DNA of 20,036 nt, taken from the NCBI GenBank assembly GCA_039815375.1, contig JBCBZJ010000039.1, positions 1 through 20,036 of the forward strand. The letters are read 5' to 3'. Of the stretch, positions 8,633-17,944 are shown one piece after another. The notes beneath the pieces were generated by a model. That model did no database searches, was not told the DNA's origin, and saw only the letters and a program-made list of their open reading frames with translations. The translations under genes were made by a program, and so were the position numbers. This DNA is from Verrucomicrobiota bacterium (GTDB lineage: Bacteria; Verrucomicrobiota; Verrucomicrobiia; Opitutales; Coraliomargaritaceae). The first letter of the stretch is position 1; each line of letters begins with the position of its first letter.

Positions 8633-8946
8633 TGGACAGTAGCAATTTCATATTAGAAAGCTCGCGTTTGTTAGCAAGTAAACTTGCAAGCAAAAGGCCT
8701 GTTGCCAGAGATTCGGCATGAAGTGACTAATATGCCAAGCCAACTTAATCGTAATCGCACCGCCATCAGCCCTATATTCAGAAGTTTCGCAAGCAGAGTG
8801 GATATCTCTCGACTAACAAAAGGCTGAAGAAGGCTACCGGACCGCTTGCAATACATTTTACCAGCAACTTTCTGAACAATGAGTTCATGGTGTATCGACA
8901 GTTGACGCGCTAAGCGCGGCCTACCAAGTTTCTATCCAAATTACGC

Positions 8947-9765
8947 ATGAGCCTCTGCGACTTTCAACACTACCTAATCAAGCCCGGCCAAAACAATTGC
9001 CTGGCCGAAGTCGAATCAGACCCGTGGGAAGACCTCCCTGAAACAAAAAGTGAGGCGAAGCACGAGCTCGAGAAGCTCCACGAAAAGCTGGCCGATCTGC
9101 AGCAGCGCTTCTTCGTCGATCGCCGGAAAAAGCTTTTGCTCGTACTCCAGGGCATGGACACAAGTGGTAAAAACGGAACCATTCGGCACGTCTTCAGAGG
9201 CGTGAATCCACAAGGTGTGCATGTCGCTAGTTTTGAAAAGCCTTCAACTCGTGAGCTATCGCACGATTACCTCTGGAGAATCCACAAAAGAACACCATCG
9301 CAGGGCGAAATTGTGATTTTTGACCGGAGCCACTACGAAGACGTCCTCGCCGTTCGTGTCAACGAACTCAAGCCTGAGTCGGTCTGGCGCAAACGCTTCA
9401 GGCACATTCGCGACTTCGAACAAATGCTCTACGATGAAGACACGGTCATACTCAAGTTCTTCCTCCATATTAACCGTGAAACGCAAAAGAAACGGCTTCA
9501 GGAACGCCTAGACATCCCTGCAAAAAACTGGAAGTTTGACCAGTCCGACCTCGTTGCCCGCAGCAAGTGGGAGGACTATACCCGTGCCCACGAAGAGGTC
9601 TTTGTAGAAACCGCATTCAGTCACGCCCCGTGGTATGTCATTCCGGCCAATAAGAAATGGGCCCGCAATCTGCTAGTCGCTCGAATTGTCGTTGCTTGTC
9701 TTGAAGACATGCACCTCAGCTATCCCGACGTTGATTATGATCCTAAACAAATTGTAATCGATTAA
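8947..9765 (+). CDS. ppk2: Polyphosphate kinase 2 family (class III-like polyphosphate:nucleotide phosphotransferase)
   Basis: Walker A LQGMDTSGKNG, HDYLWR, Walker B FDRSHYE, lid NWKF..SDL and APWYVIPANKKW. Confidence 0.92.
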   Translation: MSLCDFQHYLIKPGQNNCLAEVESDPWEDLPETKSEAKHELEKLHEKLADLQQRFFVDRRKKLLLVLQGMDTSGKNGTIRHVFRGVNPQGVHVASFEKPSTRELSHDYLWRIHKRTPSQGEIVIFDRSHYEDVLAVRVNELKPESVWRKRFRHIRDFEQMLYDEDTVILKFFLHINRETQKKRLQERLDIPAKNWKFDQSDLVARSKWEDYTRAHEEVFVETAFSHAPWYVIPANKKWARNLLVARIVVACLEDMHLSYPDVDYDPKQIVID

Positions 9766-9780
9766 GTCACTCACATACAC

Positions 9781-10947
9781 ATGGCCAAAGACCTAAAATC
9801 TATCCTGGAGAGCATACATACGCATCGAGAATCCTTGCATTCCGTGCGAGAGCTGCTTCTCGCCAACGCACTCATGATCGGAGAAATCCCTTCCCCAACC
9901 GGCGGCGAAGCGGACCGTATTACTTTCCTTAGTAACCGCTACACAGAAGACGGGCTACAGAATATTTCTATCGATCAGGCCGGGAATGGGATGGCAATTC
10001 TTCCTGGAAAGAAAGGTAAGAAGAACATCCTCGTCTGTGCACATGCAGATACTGTCTTCAACAAAAAGGTCGATCATGCGATGTCCGTCACGGCCGATGG
10101 CATCATGGGGCCCGGAATCGGCGACAATAGCCTCGGCCTCGCGGCCATTGTTACTCTTCCGGAGATTCTTAGGCGCCTCAATATTAACTTCGATGACAAC
10201 CTCATCTTACTCGGATGCACGGACAGTTTGGGCCGCGGCGATCTCGGGGGCATCCGCTTTTTCCTAAAGAACAACAAACTCCCGATACGGGCAGGCATCA
10301 GCGTTGAGGGTATTCAGCTGGGTCGGCTCAGTTATGCGGCAGTCGGCATGTTACGGGCCGAGATTACGGTGAATGTGCCTTCGGGCTACGACTGGGCCAG
10401 ATTTGGTGCTTCCGGTGCAGTCGCGATCCTGACGAAGGTTGTTCAACGTATCACCGAAATTCCGATCCCCATGCAGCCTCCGACACAAATGATCTTTGGC
10501 TCGATCAACGGTGGCACTTCATTTAGCACGCGTCCCACGAGCGCAAATCTGCGCTTTGAAATCCGCAGTGAGAAGACTGGTATGGTCGACGAGCTGAAAG
10601 AAAAGATCGTCGATATTGTCGAGGAGATCGGAAACAGTTCTGAGACTGAAATCACTTTCTCCTCCGTTGCGGAACGCCAGCCCGGCGGCTTGGAATTCGG
10701 CCATCCACTGGTCAAATCAATGAGAAAGATACTCGACACGCTTGACGTAAAACCGCGCGTCGAACCCAGCGTCGGAGAGCTCAGCCAATTGATTGAAACA
10801 GGTATCCCTAGCGTGACCCTCGGCCTGACAAGGGGCCACAACAAGAACGAATTTAACGAGTCAATCGACATAAGGCCTATCTTCGGTGGATTGGCCCAAC
10901 TGATCGCACTTTTGCAATCGATTGACGGAGGATTTTGCGATGAGTAA
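9781..10947 (+). CDS. M20/M25/M40-family metallopeptidase-fold protein with degenerate active site
   Basis: EIPSPTGGE, CAHADTV, GPGIGDNSLG and a dimerisation domain (GSINGGTS). The EE motif and C-terminal His appear to be replaced. Confidence 0.8.
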   Translation: MAKDLKSILESIHTHRESLHSVRELLLANALMIGEIPSPTGGEADRITFLSNRYTEDGLQNISIDQAGNGMAILPGKKGKKNILVCAHADTVFNKKVDHAMSVTADGIMGPGIGDNSLGLAAIVTLPEILRRLNINFDDNLILLGCTDSLGRGDLGGIRFFLKNNKLPIRAGISVEGIQLGRLSYAAVGMLRAEITVNVPSGYDWARFGASGAVAILTKVVQRITEIPIPMQPPTQMIFGSINGGTSFSTRPTSANLRFEIRSEKTGMVDELKEKIVDIVEEIGNSSETEITFSSVAERQPGGLEFGHPLVKSMRKILDTLDVKPRVEPSVGELSQLIETGIPSVTLGLTRGHNKNEFNESIDIRPIFGGLAQLIALLQSIDGGFCDE

Positions 10948-11923
10948 AAAAATCGATAAATGGTTGGAATCCAACACATTCCACCACGGTGAATTTTGGG
11001 ATATTCTCAAACTCGTTGAGGAAAAGGAGAAGAAGGGGCTCAAGATTTCCCTCTGTATCCCGACCCTCAACGAAGAAAAGACCATCGGTAAGGAGATCGT
11101 GATCTTCAAATCCGAGTTGATGGAGCGCTACCCACTCATCGACGAGTTTGCAGTCATCGATTCAGGCTCCGAGGACAAAACACTCGAAGTGGCTTCCTCT
11201 TTTGGGGCGGACACCTATCTCGCAGCCGACATTCTACCGGAAGTTGGTGATAAGCGTGGAAAAGGAGAAAACCTTTGGAAGGCAATCTATCAATTGAAGG
11301 GCGATATTATCGTCTATGTAGACGCAGATATAAAAAACATTCACCCGCGCTTCGTCACCGGTATCGTTGCACCGCTCATCAACAACGATACGATCAAATA
11401 CTGTAAAGCCTTCTATGACCGTCCAATGGCCTACTCGACCGGAATCCGCTCGAGCGGCGGCGGCCGTGTCACCGAAATCCTGATACGCCCTCTCTTTTCG
11501 CTCTTCTTTCCGGAGCTCACTTCGCTGATCCAGCCGCTATCCGGGGAATTCGCAGTTCGCCGTGATGTCCTTGAGCGCATTCCTTTCCCGATCGGCTATG
11601 GCGTGGAAACTGCACACATCCTTGACGTTTACCAGGAGTGGGGTCTCGAGGCCTTTGCCCAGTGTGACCTCGACCAGCGAATCCACCGCAATCAAAGCAC
11701 CAATGCTCTCGGTAAAATGTCGTTTGGTATTCTTCAGACTTTCCTCAATCGCCTCAAGAGCTATGGAATGGTCGACAAGCTGCCCGAATTGGCGACCTTC
11801 TACCGGCAGTTTCAAGCTGAAGGTAATCGCTACGAGCAGCTGACACGAGAAATTGTTGAATACGAGCGCCCACCGATGGTCACGATACCTGCTTACCAGG
11901 AAAAATTCGGCATCGAGGAATGA
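10940..11923 (+). CDS. gpgS: Glucosyl-3-phosphoglycerate synthase
   Basis: IPTLNEE, DSGSED, GKGENLW, DAD, GGGRVTE, QPLSGE, GYGVE and RIHRNQ motifs. GGAGG RBS lies before the ATG at 10940. Confidence 0.9.
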   Translation: MSKKIDKWLESNTFHHGEFWDILKLVEEKEKKGLKISLCIPTLNEEKTIGKEIVIFKSELMERYPLIDEFAVIDSGSEDKTLEVASSFGADTYLAADILPEVGDKRGKGENLWKAIYQLKGDIIVYVDADIKNIHPRFVTGIVAPLINNDTIKYCKAFYDRPMAYSTGIRSSGGGRVTEILIRPLFSLFFPELTSLIQPLSGEFAVRRDVLERIPFPIGYGVETAHILDVYQEWGLEAFAQCDLDQRIHRNQSTNALGKMSFGILQTFLNRLKSYGMVDKLPELATFYRQFQAEGNRYEQLTREIVEYERPPMVTIPAYQEKFGIEE

Positions 11924-13386
11924 ATGCACCGCTTCGGGTCGCAATCGTTCACTATCACCTGAAACGTGGCGGTGTCACCCGGGTGGTTGAGTCCACCCTG
12001 AACGGATTTGAATCTCTGGATAGTGCCCCGCAATGTGTCGTGCTTGCTGGCGAGATCACAGATGACTTTTCATTTAAGGACTGCGCACGTAGTATCGAAG
12101 GCCTTCACTACTCGAATGCACAGGCAACGACTCCGGATTCGCGATTCCTGTTAGAGCAAATGCGGGCTGCTGCCCGCGAAGTCCTTGGAGGCGAACCCGA
12201 TGTTTGGCATATCCATAATCATTCACTAGGGAAAAACAGCGCGATGCCCGGCATTGTAGCTGAGCTCGCCGAATCCAGTGAAGCTGTCCTCCTCCATATG
12301 CATGATTTTGCAGAGGATGGACGGCCCGACAATTTCCGGTTGAATCAGGAGCGGCTACAGCGTGCTCCCTGCCTCTACCCTAACACGGCAAACGTCCACT
12401 ACGGTGTGATCAACGCACGTGACTTCAGTCTTTTCAGCCAAACAGGCTTGGATGAAGAACGCATCCACCTGCTCGCCAACCCGGTCGAGGCTCAGGAAAC
12501 TCCCGATCAGCAGGATAGCAGACCTATTCTCAATGCCCTCGGAGCGAAGCGCCTCCTCCTTTATCCAGTCCGTGCCGTCCGACGAAAGAACTTCGGTGAA
12601 ATGCTTCTTTGGGCAGCTCTGGCAGACGAGGGAGACGTATTTGCCAGCACTCTCGGCCCGACGAATCAAAACTACACCACCTCATATGAGCAATGGCAGA
12701 CTTTTGCCTTGAAGTATAATCTTCCGGTCCACTTTGGCATTGGAGAGAGCCGTGATTGGTCATTCGAGGCCATCATGCATGCTGCCGATACAATTCTTAG
12801 CACAAGTATCGCGGAAGGCTTTGGCTTAGCATTCCTTGAACCCTGGTTGTTCGGAAAATCCATCGCCGGACGTGACCTGCCCGCGATTACTTCAGACTTT
12901 AAAGCCAATGGCCTTACACTCAGCGGACTTTACGAGAGCATCCCAATCCCAATAGATTGGATCGATCTCCAAGCCCTTGAAGACTCTCTGCACAGCGGCC
13001 TTACTGCTGCTTACGAGACTTATAAGCGGACGCAGCCAGCAAACGCTGTTCAACGTGCGCTCGATGCGATCATGCCAACAGCAGACACGGTTGATTTTGG
13101 CGGGCTCAATGAAACGCTCCAACAACAGGTCATTGAACGCGTTATTGAGGATAACGAAGCCAGAAAACAACTACCGCGTCTTGAGTTCAAAGATTCGGAA
13201 CATGTCATCCGATCTAACGCCAAAATCATCCAAACAGAGTATAATCTTCGAAAATACGCAGCGAATCTGGCTCTGCTCTACAGATCCATCCAACCTGAAA
13301 ACGGCGAGACTACTCCATACATCGACCCCTCCGAAATTCTTGATGGCTTCCTCAAACCCGAACGCTTCCGCCTCCTCCGCACATGA
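11920..13386 (+). CDS. GT4 glycosyltransferase, mannosylglucosyl-3-phosphoglycerate synthase (MggA)-like
   Basis: HYHLKRGGV, HNHSLGKN, HDFAEDGR, YPVRAVRRKN and EGFGLAFLE. ATGA overlap with gpgS. Confidence 0.75.
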   Translation: MNAPLRVAIVHYHLKRGGVTRVVESTLNGFESLDSAPQCVVLAGEITDDFSFKDCARSIEGLHYSNAQATTPDSRFLLEQMRAAAREVLGGEPDVWHIHNHSLGKNSAMPGIVAELAESSEAVLLHMHDFAEDGRPDNFRLNQERLQRAPCLYPNTANVHYGVINARDFSLFSQTGLDEERIHLLANPVEAQETPDQQDSRPILNALGAKRLLLYPVRAVRRKNFGEMLLWAALADEGDVFASTLGPTNQNYTTSYEQWQTFALKYNLPVHFGIGESRDWSFEAIMHAADTILSTSIAEGFGLAFLEPWLFGKSIAGRDLPAITSDFKANGLTLSGLYESIPIPIDWIDLQALEDSLHSGLTAAYETYKRTQPANAVQRALDAIMPTADTVDFGGLNETLQQQVIERVIEDNEARKQLPRLEFKDSEHVIRSNAKIIQTEYNLRKYAANLALLYRSIQPENGETTPYIDPSEILDGFLKPERFRLLRT

Positions 13387-14300
13387 ACGATTTAACCTGG
13401 CTGAAACTCATCACAGACCGTCGCCAAGGCGGACCCGTCACATTACCTGACGATGCAGCACCGCGTTTCGCTAAGCTGGACGGCATCCGCGCAGTCGTCT
13501 TCGACATCTACGGCACTCTGTTTAGTTCCGGCGTAGGCGACATCAGTCTCGCCACCGAAGATAATCGAGATGCCCTTCTTCGCGAAACCGTCATTGCCAA
13601 TGGGATTCACCCCACCGCCCTCGCAGGCAAGCTACGCCTTGACGAACAGCTTCACAGCACCATCCACAGACATCAGGACACACGCCGCATGGAGGGTATA
13701 GAATACCCTGAAGTCGACATTCGTCATGTCTGGCAGGACTTCCTCAATCAGCTTGAGGCACTCAATTTGATGGAACCGTCCGATAATGTCATCATTGAAA
13801 AATTGGTTCTCGACTATGAAACCCGAGTCAATCCGACACAGCCCATGCCTGGTCTACTCGAAGTCCTGGCCGAGCTGCGGGAACGCGGCCTCATCCTCAG
13901 CATCATTTCCAACGCCCAGTTCTACACGCCTTTTCTTTTTGAAGCGTTTCTGGGCAAAACCATTGAAGAACTTGGCTTCTCCGAAGCATGCAACGTCTGG
14001 TCCTATGCTGAACTCGAAGGCAAACCTTCAGAGCGGCTCTATGAATGCGCAGCGGAGCGCCTAGCCTCGATACACCAGATCCAGCCCGAACAGTGCCTCT
14101 ACGTCGGAAATGATATGCGCAACGATATCTGGCCAGCTCAAGCCCTTGGCTTTAAAACCGCCCTCTTTGCCGGCGACCGCCTGTCCCTCCGACGCCGTGA
14201 AGACCATCCGGCCTGCAAGGACCTGCAAGCCGATCTCGAAATCACTGAACTGGCCCAAATTCTGCAAATCATAGACCATCCAGTAGGTGGTGACCTCTAA
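13383..14300 (+). CDS. HAD-family phosphatase, probable MggB-like
   Basis: FDIYGTL (motif I), ISN (II), GKP (III) and YVGNDMRNDI (IV). ATGA overlap with the upstream GT4. Confidence 0.8.
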   Translation: MNDLTWLKLITDRRQGGPVTLPDDAAPRFAKLDGIRAVVFDIYGTLFSSGVGDISLATEDNRDALLRETVIANGIHPTALAGKLRLDEQLHSTIHRHQDTRRMEGIEYPEVDIRHVWQDFLNQLEALNLMEPSDNVIIEKLVLDYETRVNPTQPMPGLLEVLAELRERGLILSIISNAQFYTPFLFEAFLGKTIEELGFSEACNVWSYAELEGKPSERLYECAAERLASIHQIQPEQCLYVGNDMRNDIWPAQALGFKTALFAGDRLSLRRREDHPACKDLQADLEITELAQILQIIDHPVGGDL

Positions 14301-14356
14301 ATCACGACGCGTTGCCGCCTAGAGAGCGCACGCTGCTTCATTTTTAAAAACAATTG

Positions 14357-14590
14357 CTATTTGATCCCTACAACCAGCCATTCCGTAGTACTAGCATTTA
14401 GGTCAAATATCTGATTACCACCGTTTCCTCTGTCGTCACTCACCATAAATTTGGCAGACTCCACGACTGTTACATCCTGAAAGCTACTTCCTGGTGCAAT
14501 GAGTTCTTTGGCGTATTTGATTGCCGCTTCCTGAGAATCAAAGATGAATGTTCTCACTTCATCTGATGTCTTTGTATAGTATCCTGGCAT
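14357..14590 (-). CDS. Hypothetical protein
   Basis: 77-aa ORF with an AGAGGA RBS, starting 17 nt downstream of the 365-aa gene. Confidence 0.7.
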   Translation of the reverse strand: MPGYYTKTSDEVRTFIFDSQEAAIKYAKELIAPGSSFQDVTVVESAKFMVSDDRGNGGNQIFDLNASTTEWLVVGIK

Positions 14591-14607
14591 AGTATGTTCC
14601 TCTGTTG

Positions 14608-15705
14608 TTAATTTTGAAGTAACTCGAGTGCACTGATAGATTTCAGCCTAAATTTTTCCGACAACGTGTCTAAATATCCTTTGAGCGAATCGTTGTCTGT
14701 GATACTTGACATATCCACTTTCCTGACGAGACCGTCAGGCTGTTGATACAGCTTATCCACTTTTGCTTTATCTATGCTTCCGTTGCTTTGCAGTAGCCCG
14801 GTGTAGATGGTCTGAACTTGCTGTTCTTTCGACTTTTGGATGCTTGCCAACTCTTCCTCTGAAACCTCAGTGAAATTACTTGCGGCTTCAACTGCTGCGG
14901 CGTTTGTGCTGACTGCCGCTGGCGTCTTGGATAGGTTTTGAGCAGCCATACCCGTGGCAAAGTATTGAGCCAGCTGACCATCGAAATCGGATGAATTGTC
15001 CAAAGTATTCGGCGCGCTTGTTTTCGCAGAACCTTTTGCCTTACCGCTGAATATGCCCAGAACAGAGTAAGCGTCCTTGTAGGAATTCTTCCCACCCTCT
15101 TCCTCTATCACTTCAGCAGTATATTTCATCTCACTGTGAAACCTTTGAGCCAGGGATGGTTTGCTTAACTGGCTCTCCGCAAATACCCTCACTCTGGTAA
15201 TGTCCTTAACAGTAGAGGCGTTGGTGAGCGCCAGTGCTTCATTATTCAGCTTATCAAACAAAGGATCAACCACACTGGTTTTCCCATCATCTTTTAACTT
15301 GGTTGCAGATTCCAGAGCACGTTCAGTCGCAAACTGAAGTGATTGCAGAACTGGGTCTTTGACAGCTTTTGCCGCTGAATTTTTAGTCAAAAAAATCAGA
15401 TTTTCAGAATACTTCGCAACCATGTGCAGGTATGTGCTTGTATCGAGATCGCGATAGGCTGCATCTGTCAGCATGCCGTCACCGTATGTAAGGAGCGGGA
15501 CCAGAGCAGCTTCCTGGCGGTTAAAACCGACGATGACCGTAGGAACCTGTTTCTCGTCTACGCCTACCTTGACCCCGACCTGGGTATTAATCCCAAACAT
15601 AATGGCATCTTTGTGCTGAGGGGCACAGCCGGTAATTGCGGCGAGCGCAAAAGCTGACCATGCCAAGCCTAGTCTGCTGAATCTATCTGATCTTGAGTGA
15701 TACAT
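14608..15705 (-). CDS. Hypothetical lipoprotein
   Basis: Signal peptide with lipobox ITG-C, in a 365-aa ORF. Confidence 0.8.
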   Translation of the reverse strand: MYHSRSDRFSRLGLAWSAFALAAITGCAPQHKDAIMFGINTQVGVKVGVDEKQVPTVIVGFNRQEAALVPLLTYGDGMLTDAAYRDLDTSTYLHMVAKYSENLIFLTKNSAAKAVKDPVLQSLQFATERALESATKLKDDGKTSVVDPLFDKLNNEALALTNASTVKDITRVRVFAESQLSKPSLAQRFHSEMKYTAEVIEEEGGKNSYKDAYSVLGIFSGKAKGSAKTSAPNTLDNSSDFDGQLAQYFATGMAAQNLSKTPAAVSTNAAAVEAASNFTEVSEEELASIQKSKEQQVQTIYTGLLQSNGSIDKAKVDKLYQQPDGLVRKVDMSSITDNDSLKGYLDTLSEKFRLKSISALELLQN

Positions 15706-16052
15706 AGTGAAGTGTTGTTTTTCGTTAAATTCAGAGAGTCGATGATACTCTCAAAGTCCTGCCCGGGAGGGATGTCGATAAATGCATAGTTCGTCTCTTC
15801 TGCAGGGAACAGTATCTCAAAACTGTTATGATACCCTAAAGTAAAACGAGACTCTGAAACGCCTACGCCATAGTTCTTGACGGACGTGATCGAAGGGGGC
15901 TTTCCATTCGTCACGATTACCGGGCGTTCGACTTGAGTATATCCGAGGTAATGAGAAACAACCGCTCCATCGCTATTTGTCGTTTGGGCAATTTTACAGC
16001 CAGACATCGTCATTAGGCCTATTGACAGAAAAATACCCCTATTAACTATCAT
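15669..16052 (-). CDS. Hypothetical small lipoprotein
   Basis: MIVNRGIFLSIGLMTMSG-C lipobox-like signal. Overlaps the next gene by 37 nt. Confidence 0.7.
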   Translation of the reverse strand: MIVNRGIFLSIGLMTMSGCKIAQTTNSDGAVVSHYLGYTQVERPVIVTNGKPPSITSVKNYGVGVSESRFTLGYHNSFEILFPAEETNYAFIDIPPGQDFESIIDSLNLTKNNTSLCITQDQIDSAD

Positions 16053-16255
16053 TAGCGATCGTTATGATAGGCAGGAATTAACTGTAAAGTCTATTTTCGC
16101 GAAACCGTTACTTTATCTGGAACAAAATACCGCAACCCTGTAATTTACATTTCAGACAGCAAAAATCGGAAAAATCAGCTCAAACCACTCCAGTAAATTA
16201 GCTGAAAAACTGCTTGATTCCCCTGCTTCATGCGATTTGCTCTACCGCTTTTCCC

Positions 16256-16570
16256 ATGAAAGCCACTATCAAAACACAAGGTCGCCAATTTACTGTTTCT
16301 GAAGGAGATGTCCTTAAGGTGAACGCATACCCAGGCACTGCTGCGGGCGACACCGTAGACATCAACGAAATCCTCATGATCGGTGAAGGCGCTGACGCAC
16401 GCTTCGGCACGCCACTCGTCGAGGGCGCCGCAGTAAAGGCCACCGTCCTCGAAAATAAGAAGGACAAGAAAATCGTCGTCTTCAAAAAGAAGCGTCGCCA
16501 AGGCTACAAAAAGCGCCGCGGCCACCGCCAACACCTTTCCGTCATCAAGATCGAATCGATCAACGGCTAA
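16256..16570 (+). CDS. rplU: 50S ribosomal protein L21
   Basis: [18 protein letters not shown]...[18 protein letters not shown]. The true start is the ATG at 16256. Confidence 0.97.
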   Translation: MKATIKTQGRQFTVSEGDVLKVNAYPGTAAGDTVDINEILMIGEGADARFGTPLVEGAAVKATVLENKKDKKIVVFKKKRRQGYKKRRGHRQHLSVIKIESING

Positions 16571-16594
16571 TCATCAACACGGAGACCAAAGACA

Positions 16595-16849
16595 ATGTCA
16601 CACAAAAAAGGACAAGGAACTTCCCGTAACGGACGTGATAGTAACTCCAAGCGCCTCGGCGTAAAGAAGTTTGGCGGCGAGGCTGTTATCGCCGGTAACA
16701 TTATCATGCGCCAGCGCGGCACTCGCTACCACCCTGGTGCCAATGTGGGCATGGGGCGCGACCACACTCTCTTCGCTCTGAAGAACGGGCACGTTGCTTT
16801 TGACAAGGCTCACCGCAAGATCAACGTGGTTGAGACCGTAGAGGCTTAA
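16595..16849 (+). CDS. rpmA: 50S ribosomal protein L27
   Basis: [24 protein letters not shown]...RQRGT...GRDHTLFAL. Confidence 0.98.
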   Translation: MSHKKGQGTSRNGRDSNSKRLGVKKFGGEAVIAGNIIMRQRGTRYHPGANVGMGRDHTLFALKNGHVAFDKAHRKINVVETVEA

Positions 16850-16886
16850 CGCTTCTTTAAGGACTTTTCCGTTCGACAAGACTTTC

Positions 16887-16921
16887 AAAATCCCGCCTCC
16901 TGATCGGAGCGGGATTTTTTT
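16887..16921 (+). terminator. Rho-independent terminator after rplU-rpmA (possibly bidirectional)
   Basis: AAAATCCCG-C-CTCC-TGATC-GGAG-CGGGATTTTTTT. Confidence 0.88.
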
Positions 16922-17055
16922 GGTATTCAAAAATGGAGAATCTAAATGACACAAAAGGCAGGGACACATGCCCCCGTAGGTCCAATTCAATACCTCCTAC
17001 CTCATTTCGCGGACGGCTGAGGGCAGCCATCCCTACCCTTTCCGTGATTCTATAG

Positions 17056-17436
17056 ATGGAAAACGACAAGCTACTCGAAGAACTGCGCACCCAGCGCAAA
17101 CTCATCCAGAAGCATCTGGAATGGATCGAGAAAAAAATCATCGAACTGGAAAGAAGAGATGAAGGTAGCAGCACCCTCCCCGCCAGTCTCGAGACAGCTG
17201 AGGCTGGACCGTCATCTGTGGAGCCTTCCAAAAATTCGACCGAGGAGACAAAGATTGAGAGTGCCCGGTCCGAAGCTCTACTTGAAAACAGCGAAGAAGA
17301 GCAGGTGTTGAAGGCATATCAGCCCCCTACCGGCAGCGATGTGGCACGCGCCAAGATTGGTTGCCTTGTCCTTTTTTTTCTCAGTATCGCCCTCTTTCTC
17401 TTTCTACTCTTTGGGCTACCTTATCTGCTGGACTAA
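17056..17436 (+). CDS. Hypothetical protein with N-terminal coiled coil and C-terminal membrane anchor
   Basis: 126-aa ORF with the hydrophobic tail IGCLVLFFLSIALFLFLLFGLPYLLD. Confidence 0.8.
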   Translation: MENDKLLEELRTQRKLIQKHLEWIEKKIIELERRDEGSSTLPASLETAEAGPSSVEPSKNSTEETKIESARSEALLENSEEEQVLKAYQPPTGSDVARAKIGCLVLFFLSIALFLFLLFGLPYLLD

Positions 17437-17900
17437 AAACCCTTCTTTTGGAGGACTTCCTGAAGCTGAACCTGAAATTCCTGGACATCTTCAGGCGATG
17501 GTCGGTATTCCGCGTCATCTTCGTCAGGAATAAGACCGAGCTGACCTGAGGCTCCGAGTTGCCAACCGAGAGACTTTCCGTCACTGAACTGAACCGTGCC
17601 GCTGACAAGCGAACCCGGGCGCATAATCGCATCGACATCGACGGTCACATTCCCAGAGCCTTCTTCAATAAGCTCCGCATCAGCCTCTTCAGCAGGCTTT
17701 GCCTCCTCCGATGGCGCATCATCGCTCTCTTCATCAGGCTCGAGCATGGTAATATCAAGATCGTCCACAAGGAAACGAACATCCATGTATGTCATGGAGA
17801 TTTCGAATTCTTCGCGAAGCAGGCGCTGCACATCGGCGAGTGACCTGTTTTCCTGAATCCATCCGGCAACGGCAGTCTTTTGGCTGTCAGTAAGTTCCAT
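17433..17900 (-). CDS. Hypothetical acidic protein directly downstream of dnaA
   Basis: 155-aa ORF from the ATG at 17900 (MELTDSQK...), with a short helical N-domain, an acidic linker and a beta-rich C-domain. Confidence 0.85.
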   Translation of the reverse strand: MELTDSQKTAVAGWIQENRSLADVQRLLREEFEISMTYMDVRFLVDDLDITMLEPDEESDDAPSEEAKPAEEADAELIEEGSGNVTVDVDAIMRPGSLVSGTVQFSDGKSLGWQLGASGQLGLIPDEDDAEYRPSPEDVQEFQVQLQEVLQKKGF

Positions 17901-17944
17901 AAGGGCGTGTAGGCTGGGCAAAGTGCCCCGTCCGTCAACTTAGT

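Noticed and set aside
8633..8946. Possible frameshifted small gene on the minus strand (MNSLFRKLLVKCIASGPVAFFSLLL...)
   Set aside because: Only 36 codons and no recognisable family. The region is adequately explained as a divergent promoter region (TTGACG at 8902).
16214..16255. N-terminal extension of L21 from the TTG at 16214
   Set aside because: L21 homology starts at the ATG at 16256, and the TTGATT is more likely a -35 element.
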